DNA of 64,000 nucleotides from Bdellovibrionales bacterium. Its GTDB lineage: Bacteria > Bdellovibrionota > UBA1018 > JADZFF01. The notes under the pieces were generated by a model that had not been told where the DNA came from, ran no database searches, and saw nothing but the letters and a program-made list of their open reading frames with translations. This document shows positions 8,558 to 16,670 of the stretch, one piece after another (the stretch's first letter is position 1; every line of letters begins with the position of its first letter). Location of the stretch: the NCBI GenBank assembly GCA_020850015.1, contig JADZFF010000181.1, forward strand, positions 4,939 through 68,938, written 5' to 3'. The position numbers and the translations under genes are program-made.

Positions 8558-9253
8558 TCACTCGATTACCGGATCAGATACGCCCCAGTCCCGCAGCAGC
8601 GCCAGCTCCTCGGTCCTGCTCTTCACCTTCCGGAATCGCGCTCCTGACACCCCCTCAACTCTCTTTCGGCAGGCGTCCCAGGTGCTGTGGCGTTCCGCTC
8701 GTCCTGCCACACAGCTCAGATAGTAGGGTTTTCCCGGGGCGGATTCATGCAATGCATCATCACCCACCTGGAAACCGCGGTACCTATCCGCTGGGCCGCG
8801 ATACAGGGATGCGGGATTCCCCCTGGAGTAGGAAACGGCGATCTCGTCGGCGCGCTCGTTGCCCGCCACTCCCGAGTGCCCTTTGACCTTTTTCCACCTC
8901 AAACGCGAGCCGAACTTTCCCGCCAGCTCCGAGAGCTCCCGCCAAAGGACCTCGTTCGCCACGGGATCGCCAGCCGCGGTTTTCCAACCCCGGCGGACCC
9001 ATTGAGGCAGCCATTCGGTGATCCCCTTCATGACATAAGTGGCATCTGTGCGGACTTCGAGAGGGCCCTTCCAGTCGGCGAACGCCGCGTGCAGGCCTTC
9101 GATCGTGGCGGTGAGCTCCATCACGTTGTTCGTGGTGTGAGGCGAGAATCCCCCCAGTTCCCTGACCTCGCCGCGGGGGTCGAGCATCACCACCCCCCAG
9201 CCCCCCGGCCCGGGGTTTCCGGAGCAGGCCCCGTCCGTATAAAGAACCATCAT
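8558..9253 (-). CDS. rnhA: ribonuclease HI with C-terminal hybrid-binding (RNase H1 N-terminal / caulimovirus-VI-like) domain
   Basis: MVLYTDGACSGNPGPGGWGVV...NNVMELTA...VKGHSGVAGNERADEIA is an RNase HI core. The C-terminus KPYYLSCVAGRAERHSTWDACRKRVEGVSGARFRKVKSRTEE resembles the HBD fold motif. Start taken at MMVLYTDG; the ORF extends to 9325. Confidence 0.8.
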   Translation of the reverse strand: MMVLYTDGACSGNPGPGGWGVVMLDPRGEVRELGGFSPHTTNNVMELTATIEGLHAAFADWKGPLEVRTDATYVMKGITEWLPQWVRRGWKTAAGDPVANEVLWRELSELAGKFGSRLRWKKVKGHSGVAGNERADEIAVSYSRGNPASLYRGPADRYRGFQVGDDALHESAPGKPYYLSCVAGRAERHSTWDACRKRVEGVSGARFRKVKSRTEELALLRDWGVSDPVIE

Positions 9254-9348
9254 TGAATCCGACACTTGCTCATCCTCGCTCAACTCGGGCGGTTTGACAC
9301 GCCCGTGACACTTCCCTGGTGCCACGCGGCTATATTGGGGCTTCAGCT

Positions 9349-10296
9349 ATGAGGATCACATCTCTCAGGATCATTCACCGGCTCAAGAGCGGCGACGATG
9401 GGGCTCCCCCTTCGCCCCTGCAGAACGAGAAAGCCTGGCTGGCGCTGCACACCTGTCAACGCCACCTCTGGGTGAGCGACTCCGAGGCGCTTTCCTCCTG
9501 CGATCCCGAGCGTCTGGAGGATTTCGAGCTCCATGAGAGCGGCGACGCTTACCTGTTCCTGCTCCGCGTGGCCACTGGGCTCGAGAGCGCGGTGAAGGGC
9601 GAAACCGAAATCTTCGGGCAGATCCGCTCCGCCTGGCAGGACCACCTCAGCGCGAATCCCGAGGAGGCGCACCGGATTTCCTGGACGATGCAGCGCCTTT
9701 TCGAGGACACGAAACGGATCCGGACGGATCATCTCCAAGGCTTCGGCGGAAGCGGCTACGGCAGCCTCGTAAGGAAACTCCTGAAGGACCGCCCGCGGGG
9801 CCAGGTGCTGCTGATCGGAGCGGGCCAGCTCGCGCAGTCCGTGCTTCCCTACCTCGACGCCTTCGACGTGATGGTCTGCAACCGTACGCGGTCGAAGGCC
9901 GAAGAGCTCGTGCGCGGCCTGCCGAACGGAGGGCATTCCCCGCGCGTGGCGGAATCCGCCGAGGAGCTCGAGCTCTGGGCCTCCTGCACCCACGCCGTGG
10001 TCTGCGCGCCGCTCGACGAGGCGCGGGATCAAGCAAGAGTTGCCGCCTGGTGCTCGGTGAGGGATCGCGATCCGGGATCGACGGTCATCCATCTGGGTTG
10101 CGACGAACCCGCGCCACGGCCCTGGTCGGTTCTCCAGGAGCGGCACCGCTTCCATCCGCTCCAGGATCTCTTCCGACTCCAGCGTGAGCACTCCATTGCG
10201 CGGGATCTCCAGGTACGGCGGGCGGAGGAAGCCTGCGCCGCGCGCGCCACCGAGCGCCTCCTGACTGACGCCGAAGCCCTTGCGCTCCTCGGCTGA
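9349..10296 (+). CDS. hemA: glutamyl-tRNA reductase (short form)
   Basis: LHTCQRHLW (equivalent of the STCNR catalytic-Cys motif), AYLFLLRVATGLESAVKGETEIFGQIRSAW, and NADPH site VLLIGAGQLAQSV. Only about 315 aa, so the usual C-terminal dimerisation region is short or absent. The track ORF starts at 9319. Confidence 0.7.
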   Translation: MRITSLRIIHRLKSGDDGAPPSPLQNEKAWLALHTCQRHLWVSDSEALSSCDPERLEDFELHESGDAYLFLLRVATGLESAVKGETEIFGQIRSAWQDHLSANPEEAHRISWTMQRLFEDTKRIRTDHLQGFGGSGYGSLVRKLLKDRPRGQVLLIGAGQLAQSVLPYLDAFDVMVCNRTRSKAEELVRGLPNGGHSPRVAESAEELELWASCTHAVVCAPLDEARDQARVAAWCSVRDRDPGSTVIHLGCDEPAPRPWSVLQERHRFHPLQDLFRLQREHSIARDLQVRRAEEACAARATERLLTDAEALALLG

Positions 10297-10313
10297 TGGG
10301 TTAGAAGCCCCCC

Positions 10314-11852
10314 ATGTCCGTGAATTCCTTGCTCAAGCTTGGCACCCGGCGCTCCCTGCTCGCGCGGTCGCAAAGCGCCTGGGTGGCCCGCGAACTCGAA
10401 GCGGCACATCCCGGGCTGCGAGTGGAACTCGTAGGAATCGACACCCGGGGCGACAAGATCGTGGACGTTCCCCTCCGTGAGGTCGAGGGCAAGGAGTTCT
10501 TCGTGAAGGAGCTCGACGACGCTCTCCTCGACGGGCGAGTCGACCTCACCGTGCACTCGATGAAGGACCTGAGCCTGGATCGCCCCGAGGGCATCCGCCT
10601 CGGAGCGGTGCCGCCGAGGGAAGACCCCCGTGACGTGATCCTCTTTTCGCGCCGAGGCGGAGCGGGTCCGATGCGGATCGGCACCTCCTCTCCGCGGCGG
10701 CTTGAGAATCTACCCTCCTTCCTGGAGACGGCCCTTCCGGCTCCGGCCCCTGAGCTTCAGTGGGAGGAGATCCGGGGAAACGTGAACACGCGGCTTGCGC
10801 GTTTGCACGAGCCCGTGGGATCCCCCCGTCGGCTCGACGGGGTGGTGCTCGCGCTCGCGGGACTGAATCGGCTGCACCGCGACGCTGAAGGCGGGCGGGA
10901 GCTCGCCCGGCTCCTGGAAGGGCTGAGCTGGATGGTGGCACCCGTGACGGAATCGCCCTCGGCTCCGGCCCAGGGCGCGCTAGCGGTGGAATGCCGCGCG
11001 GACGATGAGCGGGTGGCGCGGATTCTCAGGGCCATTCACGATCAGCGCTCCCAGGCCTCCGCGCAGGCCGAGCGCGCGCTCCTCGCGGAGTTCGGCGGGG
11101 GCTGCCATCAGCGCTTCGGCGCGACGGCGCTGGCGAGGCCGGGGATGGGCGTGGCGCTCTGGGTCCGAGGGAAAGACTCCTCCGGGCGCAGCGTCGACGC
11201 GCTCCGCTGGTCGGCTCCGCCGGTGCCTGCGCGAGGAGCGGTGGCATGGAACGGCCACGAGGCGCGGGCCTCGGGCGCGGAGCCCCTGCCCGGCGCGCGG
11301 GCATTCGAGCTACGGCCGCGCGCGGCGGTGTTCGCGGCGCACGCCCGCGCGGTGACCCCAGAATGGCACGCGGCGATCCACGCTGCCGGCGCGCGGCTGT
11401 GGACCTCCGGCTTCGCGAGCTGGGGCGCGCTCGCCCGGCAAGGCCTATGGGTGGAAGGCTGCGCCGAGGGGCTCGGGCTGGAGCATGCTGCGGGGATGAT
11501 CCAGAGCCCGGCGCTGGCGCTCCCGCCCGCGGACGAATGGATCCTCCTCACCCATGAGGGCGCTGGCGACGCAACCCCGCCGGGATGGCAAGGCGCGCGG
11601 GTAGTCAGCACCTATCGGGTGCCAGAAAGAACCTACATGGAGAGCGAACGCGCCGCCCTTCGAAAGGCGACCCATGTCTACTGGAGCAGCGGATCCCAGT
11701 TTCGGACGCTGGGCGCGCTTGCGCCAGCGGGATGCCACCATGCCTGCGGCCCAGGGCGCACGGCGCAGGAGCTCCAGGTGCGGGGCCTGAGCCCACTCGC
11801 GATATTTCCCGACGTGAATGCCTGGCTTCGCTGGGTAAAAGGAGAATCATGA
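10314..11852 (+). CDS. hemC: porphobilinogen deaminase fused to a uroporphyrinogen-III synthase-like C-terminal domain
   Basis: The N-terminal ~300 aa are clear HemC (LKLGTRRSLLARSQS, GIDTRGDKI, GNVNTRLARL, GGCHQRFG). About 200 further aa resemble HemD (weaker match). Confidence 0.8.
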   Translation: MSVNSLLKLGTRRSLLARSQSAWVARELEAAHPGLRVELVGIDTRGDKIVDVPLREVEGKEFFVKELDDALLDGRVDLTVHSMKDLSLDRPEGIRLGAVPPREDPRDVILFSRRGGAGPMRIGTSSPRRLENLPSFLETALPAPAPELQWEEIRGNVNTRLARLHEPVGSPRRLDGVVLALAGLNRLHRDAEGGRELARLLEGLSWMVAPVTESPSAPAQGALAVECRADDERVARILRAIHDQRSQASAQAERALLAEFGGGCHQRFGATALARPGMGVALWVRGKDSSGRSVDALRWSAPPVPARGAVAWNGHEARASGAEPLPGARAFELRPRAAVFAAHARAVTPEWHAAIHAAGARLWTSGFASWGALARQGLWVEGCAEGLGLEHAAGMIQSPALALPPADEWILLTHEGAGDATPPGWQGARVVSTYRVPERTYMESERAALRKATHVYWSSGSQFRTLGALAPAGCHHACGPGRTAQELQVRGLSPLAIFPDVNAWLRWVKGES

Positions 11853-13180
11853 ACCCCCTGAATCGCGAAACCAGCGAAAGCTATTTCGAACGCGCGAAAA
11901 AGGTCTCTCCCGGAGGAGTGCATTCGCCGGTACGCGCCTTCCGCGGCGTGGGCGGCACGCCCGCTTTCATCATCAAGGCCGAAGGCGACCGCCTCTACGA
12001 CGTGGACGGCCAATCCTACGTGGACTTCTGCATGGCCTGGGGCCCGCTTCTCTTCGGCCATCAGGACGCGGAGACGGCGGACGCCGTGAAACGCGCCGTG
12101 GGCCGCGGCTGGAGCTACGGCACGGCCGAGCCCTATTCGCTCGAGCTCGCGGAGCTCATCGTGTCGAAGCTTCCCTGGGTGGAGAAGCTCCGCTTCGTGA
12201 ACTCCGGAACGGAGGCCGTGATGTCGGCGCTCCGGCTCGCGCGCGGCGCCACCGGACGGCCGCTCGTCGTGAAGTTCGACGGCTGCTACCACGGCCACGT
12301 CGATTCCATGCTCGTGAAGGCCGGCTCGGGCCTGGCGGAAATGGCGAGCCCCGACAGCGCCGGCGTCTCTCCTCAGACGGCGGCCGAGACCTTGGTGGCT
12401 CCGCTCGACGACCTTTCCGCGCTCACGCGCCTGTTCGACGAACGCGGACCCGAGATCGCCGCGGTGATCGTGGAACCCATGCCCGCGAACAACGGGTTGC
12501 TGCTTCAGACTCCCGAATTCCTGAAGGGCATGGCCGCGCTCTGCAAGAAACACGGCGCGCTGCTGATCTTCGATGAGGTGATCTCGGGATTCCGGGTGGC
12601 ATTTGGCGGGATGGCCGAGAAAACCGGCATCCGCCCGGACCTCGTGACCTACGGAAAAGTGATCGGCGGCGGTTTTCCCGTGGGCGCCTACGGCGGGCGC
12701 GCCGAGATCATGGATCTCGTGGCGCCGAGCGGGCCCGTGTACCAGGCGGGCACGCTGAGTGCCAACCCAGTAGCCATGGCCGCCGGCCTCACCACGCTCA
12801 GGAAGCTTCTCCGTGACGATCCCTACGCAGTGCTCGAGAAACGTGGGGAAGCGCTCGCCCGCGCGCTCGCGGCCTCGAACGAGCGTCACGCTCCAGGTGC
12901 GGTGTGGAACGCCCGCGAGGGTTCCGTGTTCTGGTCAGCTTACGGCTCGGGAATGTCGAAGCGCCCAGTGCGGGCCATTCCTGGCATTCCCGCCACACAG
13001 AAGCCTTTCTACGCCTCGCTTTTTCACTCGCTCCTGGACCGCGGCTACTACCTGGCTCCGAGCGGCTACGAGGTGGGATTCCTGAGCATGGCCCACACCG
13101 ACGAATCGCTCCATGGATTCGCGGCCGCGTATGACCTCTCGCTTAAGGAAACCGCGGCGAAGGGGCTGCTCGGGGGCTGA
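11849..13180 (+). CDS. hemL: glutamate-1-semialdehyde 2,1-aminomutase
   Basis: SESYFERAKKVSPGGVHSPVRAFRGVGG and TYGKVIGGGFPVGAYGG (PLP lysine region). The start ATG 11849 overlaps the hemC-D stop (ATGA). The upstream part of track ORF 11585.. overlaps hemC-D and is rejected. Confidence 0.9.
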   Translation: MNPLNRETSESYFERAKKVSPGGVHSPVRAFRGVGGTPAFIIKAEGDRLYDVDGQSYVDFCMAWGPLLFGHQDAETADAVKRAVGRGWSYGTAEPYSLELAELIVSKLPWVEKLRFVNSGTEAVMSALRLARGATGRPLVVKFDGCYHGHVDSMLVKAGSGLAEMASPDSAGVSPQTAAETLVAPLDDLSALTRLFDERGPEIAAVIVEPMPANNGLLLQTPEFLKGMAALCKKHGALLIFDEVISGFRVAFGGMAEKTGIRPDLVTYGKVIGGGFPVGAYGGRAEIMDLVAPSGPVYQAGTLSANPVAMAAGLTTLRKLLRDDPYAVLEKRGEALARALAASNERHAPGAVWNAREGSVFWSAYGSGMSKRPVRAIPGIPATQKPFYASLFHSLLDRGYYLAPSGYEVGFLSMAHTDESLHGFAAAYDLSLKETAAKGLLGG

Positions 13181-13188
13181 GAGGAATC

Positions 13189-14148
13189 GTGACAGGAAAG
13201 GGGCATATCTCCGCCGGGCCGCACCGGCGACTGAAACGGATACTAGGGCTGCACGCGGCCTGGATTTCCATGATGCTCCTGCTCGTGGGCTGGTGGGGCT
13301 CGCTGCTTTACTCGCAGGCCGAGCGCATCGCGGAGCTCGAGAAGCGAGTGGGCGCCTCGCCCGAGCATGTCGTGGAGGCCCGCTTCCGTGCGCGCCGCAT
13401 GATCGTGTGGGAGAGCTCGGCTCTGTTCGTCCTCCTGCTTGCCGCCGCTGGAGCCGGCCTCTGGATGCTGTTCCGCGACTCGCGGCGAACTCGCGAGCTC
13501 GAGGCCTTCTTCGCCTCGATCACCCACGAGCTGAAAACGCCCCTCACCAGCATCCGGCTCCAGACCGAGGCCCTGGCGGACTCGGGCGAGGCCACCGGAC
13601 GCCAGGCCGAGCTCCTCAGGCGCCTGCTCGAAGACACCGGAAGGCTGGAGGGCCAGGTTGAGCGCATGCTCGAGCTCGCGCGCCTGGAAGGTGGCGGCAT
13701 CGTTTTTCTCCGCGAAGTGCCCGTGGCCGCCTGGCTCGAGAGCGCGCTCCGGCCCTGGCGCGAGGTGCACTCAGGCCGGCTTGAGCTCGAGGTCAATGTC
13801 CCGCCGAACCTCTCCATTCGAGCAGATGCCGCGGCTCTGGACGTGATCCTGAGGAATACCTTGGAGAACGCTCTCAAACACGGAGCGAGCGAGCGGACCA
13901 AAGTAAGCATCTCCGCTGGGCGCGCGGCGGACGGCGTGGAGCTCACGATTCGGGACGATGGCGCGGGATTCCCTGGAGAGCCGCGCGATCTCGGCGTTCT
14001 TTTCCGAAAAGGCCCCAGTTCAAAGGGGACGGGCATCGGCCTCTATCTCGTGACGACCCTGATGGCCCGAATGGGCGGGAGCGCGGAATTCGACGGGTCC
14101 ACTGGATTTCGCACGCGTCTCAGGTTTTCCACCGGGGAGGCCTCTTGA
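13189..14148 (+). CDS. two-component sensor histidine kinase (two TM segments, no HAMP)
   Basis: H-box FFASITHELKTPLTSI, N box LRNTLENALKH, G boxes RDDGAGFPG and GTGIGLYL. GTG start 8 nt after the hemL stop. Confidence 0.85.
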   Translation: MTGKGHISAGPHRRLKRILGLHAAWISMMLLLVGWWGSLLYSQAERIAELEKRVGASPEHVVEARFRARRMIVWESSALFVLLLAAAGAGLWMLFRDSRRTRELEAFFASITHELKTPLTSIRLQTEALADSGEATGRQAELLRRLLEDTGRLEGQVERMLELARLEGGGIVFLREVPVAAWLESALRPWREVHSGRLELEVNVPPNLSIRADAAALDVILRNTLENALKHGASERTKVSISAGRAADGVELTIRDDGAGFPGEPRDLGVLFRKGPSSKGTGIGLYLVTTLMARMGGSAEFDGSTGFRTRLRFSTGEAS

Positions 14149-14870
14149 GCGCCGGCAAACTGCTTCTCGTGGAAGACGAACCCAACGTCGGGAGCACCCT
14201 TGAGGAGCGCCTCCGGCATGAGGGATTCGAGGTGGCCTGGGCGAAGGGATTCGCCGAGGCGCTCGGCTTCGTGAAGTCCTCGGGAGCCGCTCCCTTCGAG
14301 CTCGCCCTTCTGGACGTGGGGTTGGGCGACGGCTCGGGGTTCGACCTCGCATCCGAGATCCGCGCCCGTTCCGCCGCGACGGCCGTCGTGTTCGTTACCG
14401 CGTTGGGACGCCCGGAAGAACGGGTCCAGGGTCTTGAGCTGGGGGCCGAGGATTACATCGTCAAGCCCTTCCATTTCCGGGAGCTCCTTCTGCGGGTCCA
14501 GAACGCGCTCAAGCGTGCTCGCGGAATCGCGCGGGGATCCGGCGCTCCCGGCGCCTCGAGCGTGGAGATCGGCAGGGCACGGGTGGACTTCGCGGCGTTT
14601 TCTGCCCGAAGAGGCGCCGAGGCGATCTCCCTGACCCACAAGGAGTGCGCGCTCCTGAGGCTCCTTCATGAGCGCCGGGGATGCGTCGTTAGCCGCGAGG
14701 AGATCCTCTCGGAGATCTGGAGCTCGGACGAGCTGCCCACCACCCGCACCGTCGACAACTTCATCCTCCGGCTGCGCAAACTCGTCGAAACTGACCCTTC
14801 GGACCCCTTGGTGATCCGAAGCATTCGAGGCATCGGATACCAGCTCGTCACGGAACGGGAGAAATCATGA
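14145..14870 (+). CDS. OmpR/PhoB-family response regulator
   Basis: Receiver domain (KLLLVEDE...LALLDVGLGDGSG...KPF) plus winged-helix output (LTHKECALLRLL...RGIGYQL). TTGA overlap with the kinase stop and ATGA overlap with the hemE start. Confidence 0.85.
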   Translation: MSAGKLLLVEDEPNVGSTLEERLRHEGFEVAWAKGFAEALGFVKSSGAAPFELALLDVGLGDGSGFDLASEIRARSAATAVVFVTALGRPEERVQGLELGAEDYIVKPFHFRELLLRVQNALKRARGIARGSGAPGASSVEIGRARVDFAAFSARRGAEAISLTHKECALLRLLHERRGCVVSREEILSEIWSSDELPTTRTVDNFILRLRKLVETDPSDPLVIRSIRGIGYQLVTEREKS

Positions 14871-15919
14871 ATTCCAACGCCCGACAGAGATTCGTCGACG
14901 CCCTCCATCGCCGCAACACCGGTCTGCCCCCGGTCTGGTTCATGCGCCAGGCCGGCCGCTACCACTCGCATTACCAAGAGCTGAAGAAGCGCCACAGCTT
15001 CATGGAGCTCTGCAAGCAGCCCAAGCTGGCGGCCGAAGTCACCTACGGGCCGATGGAGGCCTTCGGCTTCGACGCCGCGATCCTCTTCTCGGATCTGCTT
15101 TTCCCGCTCGAAGCCATGGGCATGGGCCTCGACTACCTTCCGGGCCCCCGACTGGATTGGCACCTGCGCAGGTCGGAAGACCTGAAGCGCCTGAAGGGGG
15201 GGGCCGACCTCGCGTCGCGCATGGATTTCCAGGCTGAAGCGCTCCGGCTCATCCGGGCGCACTACCCGGATAAGGGCCTGATCGGGTTCGTGGGCGCCCC
15301 GCTCACGCTCTACTTTTACGCGGTGGAGGGCTCGCACCAGGGCGATGTCTCCTCCGCGATCGCCGGTCTCACGGACGGGCGCTTCGAGGGGTTCACCGCG
15401 CGCCTCGTGGATCTGCTGGCTGAAAATATGTGCCTTCAGGCCGAGGCGGGGCCGGACGCAATCGCGCTCTTCGACACCTGCGGCGGCGAGCTTAGCCCCG
15501 AGCAATACGCGCGACACGCCGTACCGGCTCTCGAGCTCGTGCTCAAGAAGTTCCGCGCGCGCTATCCGCTGATGCCCCTGATCTACTACTCGCGTGGCAC
15601 CGACGCGGCTCATTGGCTTGCCCTCGACGGCCTTCCCATCCAGTGCATGGGCGTCGATTGGCGCCACGATCTCTCGCAGGTTGTGCGCGAGTGGGGCGGC
15701 AAGTACTCCATCCAGGGAAACCTGGATCCCGAGTGGCTGCGCGACCTGAAGTGGCCCGAGCTCGAGGCCCGCGCGCGCAGCGTCTGGGAGCCGCTCAAGG
15801 CCTTGGGCCCCGAGGCGCGCAAAGGCTGGGTCTGCGCACTCGGGCACGGCGTTCTTCAGCAGACTCCGGAGGAGAACGTGCGAAATCTCGTTCGCCTCTC
15901 ACGCGAGGTCTTTCGCTAG
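14867..15919 (+). CDS. hemE: uroporphyrinogen decarboxylase
   Basis: PPVWFMRQAGRYHSHYQEL and ILFSDLL are typical HemE motifs. Confidence 0.9.
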   Translation: MNSNARQRFVDALHRRNTGLPPVWFMRQAGRYHSHYQELKKRHSFMELCKQPKLAAEVTYGPMEAFGFDAAILFSDLLFPLEAMGMGLDYLPGPRLDWHLRRSEDLKRLKGGADLASRMDFQAEALRLIRAHYPDKGLIGFVGAPLTLYFYAVEGSHQGDVSSAIAGLTDGRFEGFTARLVDLLAENMCLQAEAGPDAIALFDTCGGELSPEQYARHAVPALELVLKKFRARYPLMPLIYYSRGTDAAHWLALDGLPIQCMGVDWRHDLSQVVREWGGKYSIQGNLDPEWLRDLKWPELEARARSVWEPLKALGPEARKGWVCALGHGVLQQTPEENVRNLVRLSREVFR

Positions 15920-16670
15920 GTCCCTGACTGCAACCGGCCGCTCACGCCGCGTGCCGATTGGATCCGAAACTCCCGCTCCTCGGCGGAGATGGAATCCAGA
16001 TCGCCCAGGTAGGGGCAGATTTCGCAGTAACTCATCACGTAAGACTCCGGCATCGTCCCGGTGCCCGAGTCGCCCCAGGATGGCCCCCAGGAGTTGCGGA
16101 AGCGGTAGCGGCGCCGGACGGGGTCGTAGCCGGTGAGGAGCACCACTCCAAATTGACCACGACCGGACGGCGTTCGCGCTCCAGATGCTCTGCAATGTTT
16201 TCCCGTTCCACCCATTCCTGTTGAACCCGTTCTTCCAACAGGTCGAGCCCCGAGGGCGGACGGCCGGAAAAACAGAAGGGTTGCGGCGCAGTCCCCGCGC
16301 AACCGGAAAGGCCCAGACCGACTCCGTTCTTCGAAGCGTAGGGCCACTCCGCTTCCTCGGCCAAGCCGAAGCCCAGGCCCTTGACCGCAAGGAATCCCGC
16401 GAGCCCGTCGATCGGGAGGTACATACGCTTCAGGAAGGTTGAGTCGAGCGCGTCCGTGCGGCCCTTGAAGTAGGCGTACTGCTCCGATAGGTCGCGATGC
16501 TCCCCTGACTTCTGCCAAATCAGGTACTCGGCAAGCCCGACCGCCGCGAAAGCGCTGCAGGTGTTCCGACCACCCCCTTGGTCCCGGGCGGGCCCAAAAC
16601 CGGCCGAAAGGTCGGAGGGGCCTGCGGCCAAGGCCGAGGTCGCCGTCAACAGGAGCGCAACGAGACTCAC
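15916..16670 (-). pseudogene. papain-like (C1) cysteine peptidase, split over two frames with the catalytic-His region missing
   Basis: The N-terminal part (frame of ORF 16035..16670) has a signal peptide and DQGGGRNTCSAFAAVGL (Gln/Cys motif). The C-terminal part (frame of ORF 15916..16518) has VVLLTGYD...YRFRNSWGPSWGDSG (Asn-Ser-Trp motif). The frames switch near 16144-16150, and the segment that should carry the His is absent. Confidence 0.6.

Noticed and set aside
11585-11848. N-terminal extension of hemL (track ORF 11585..13180). The same applies to the CPA2 gene (46177..46569) and the PaaI gene (26337..27542).
   Set aside because: The extensions overlap the 3' parts of confidently identified neighbouring genes. 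The homologous protein sequences start at the internal Met codons chosen in the feature list.
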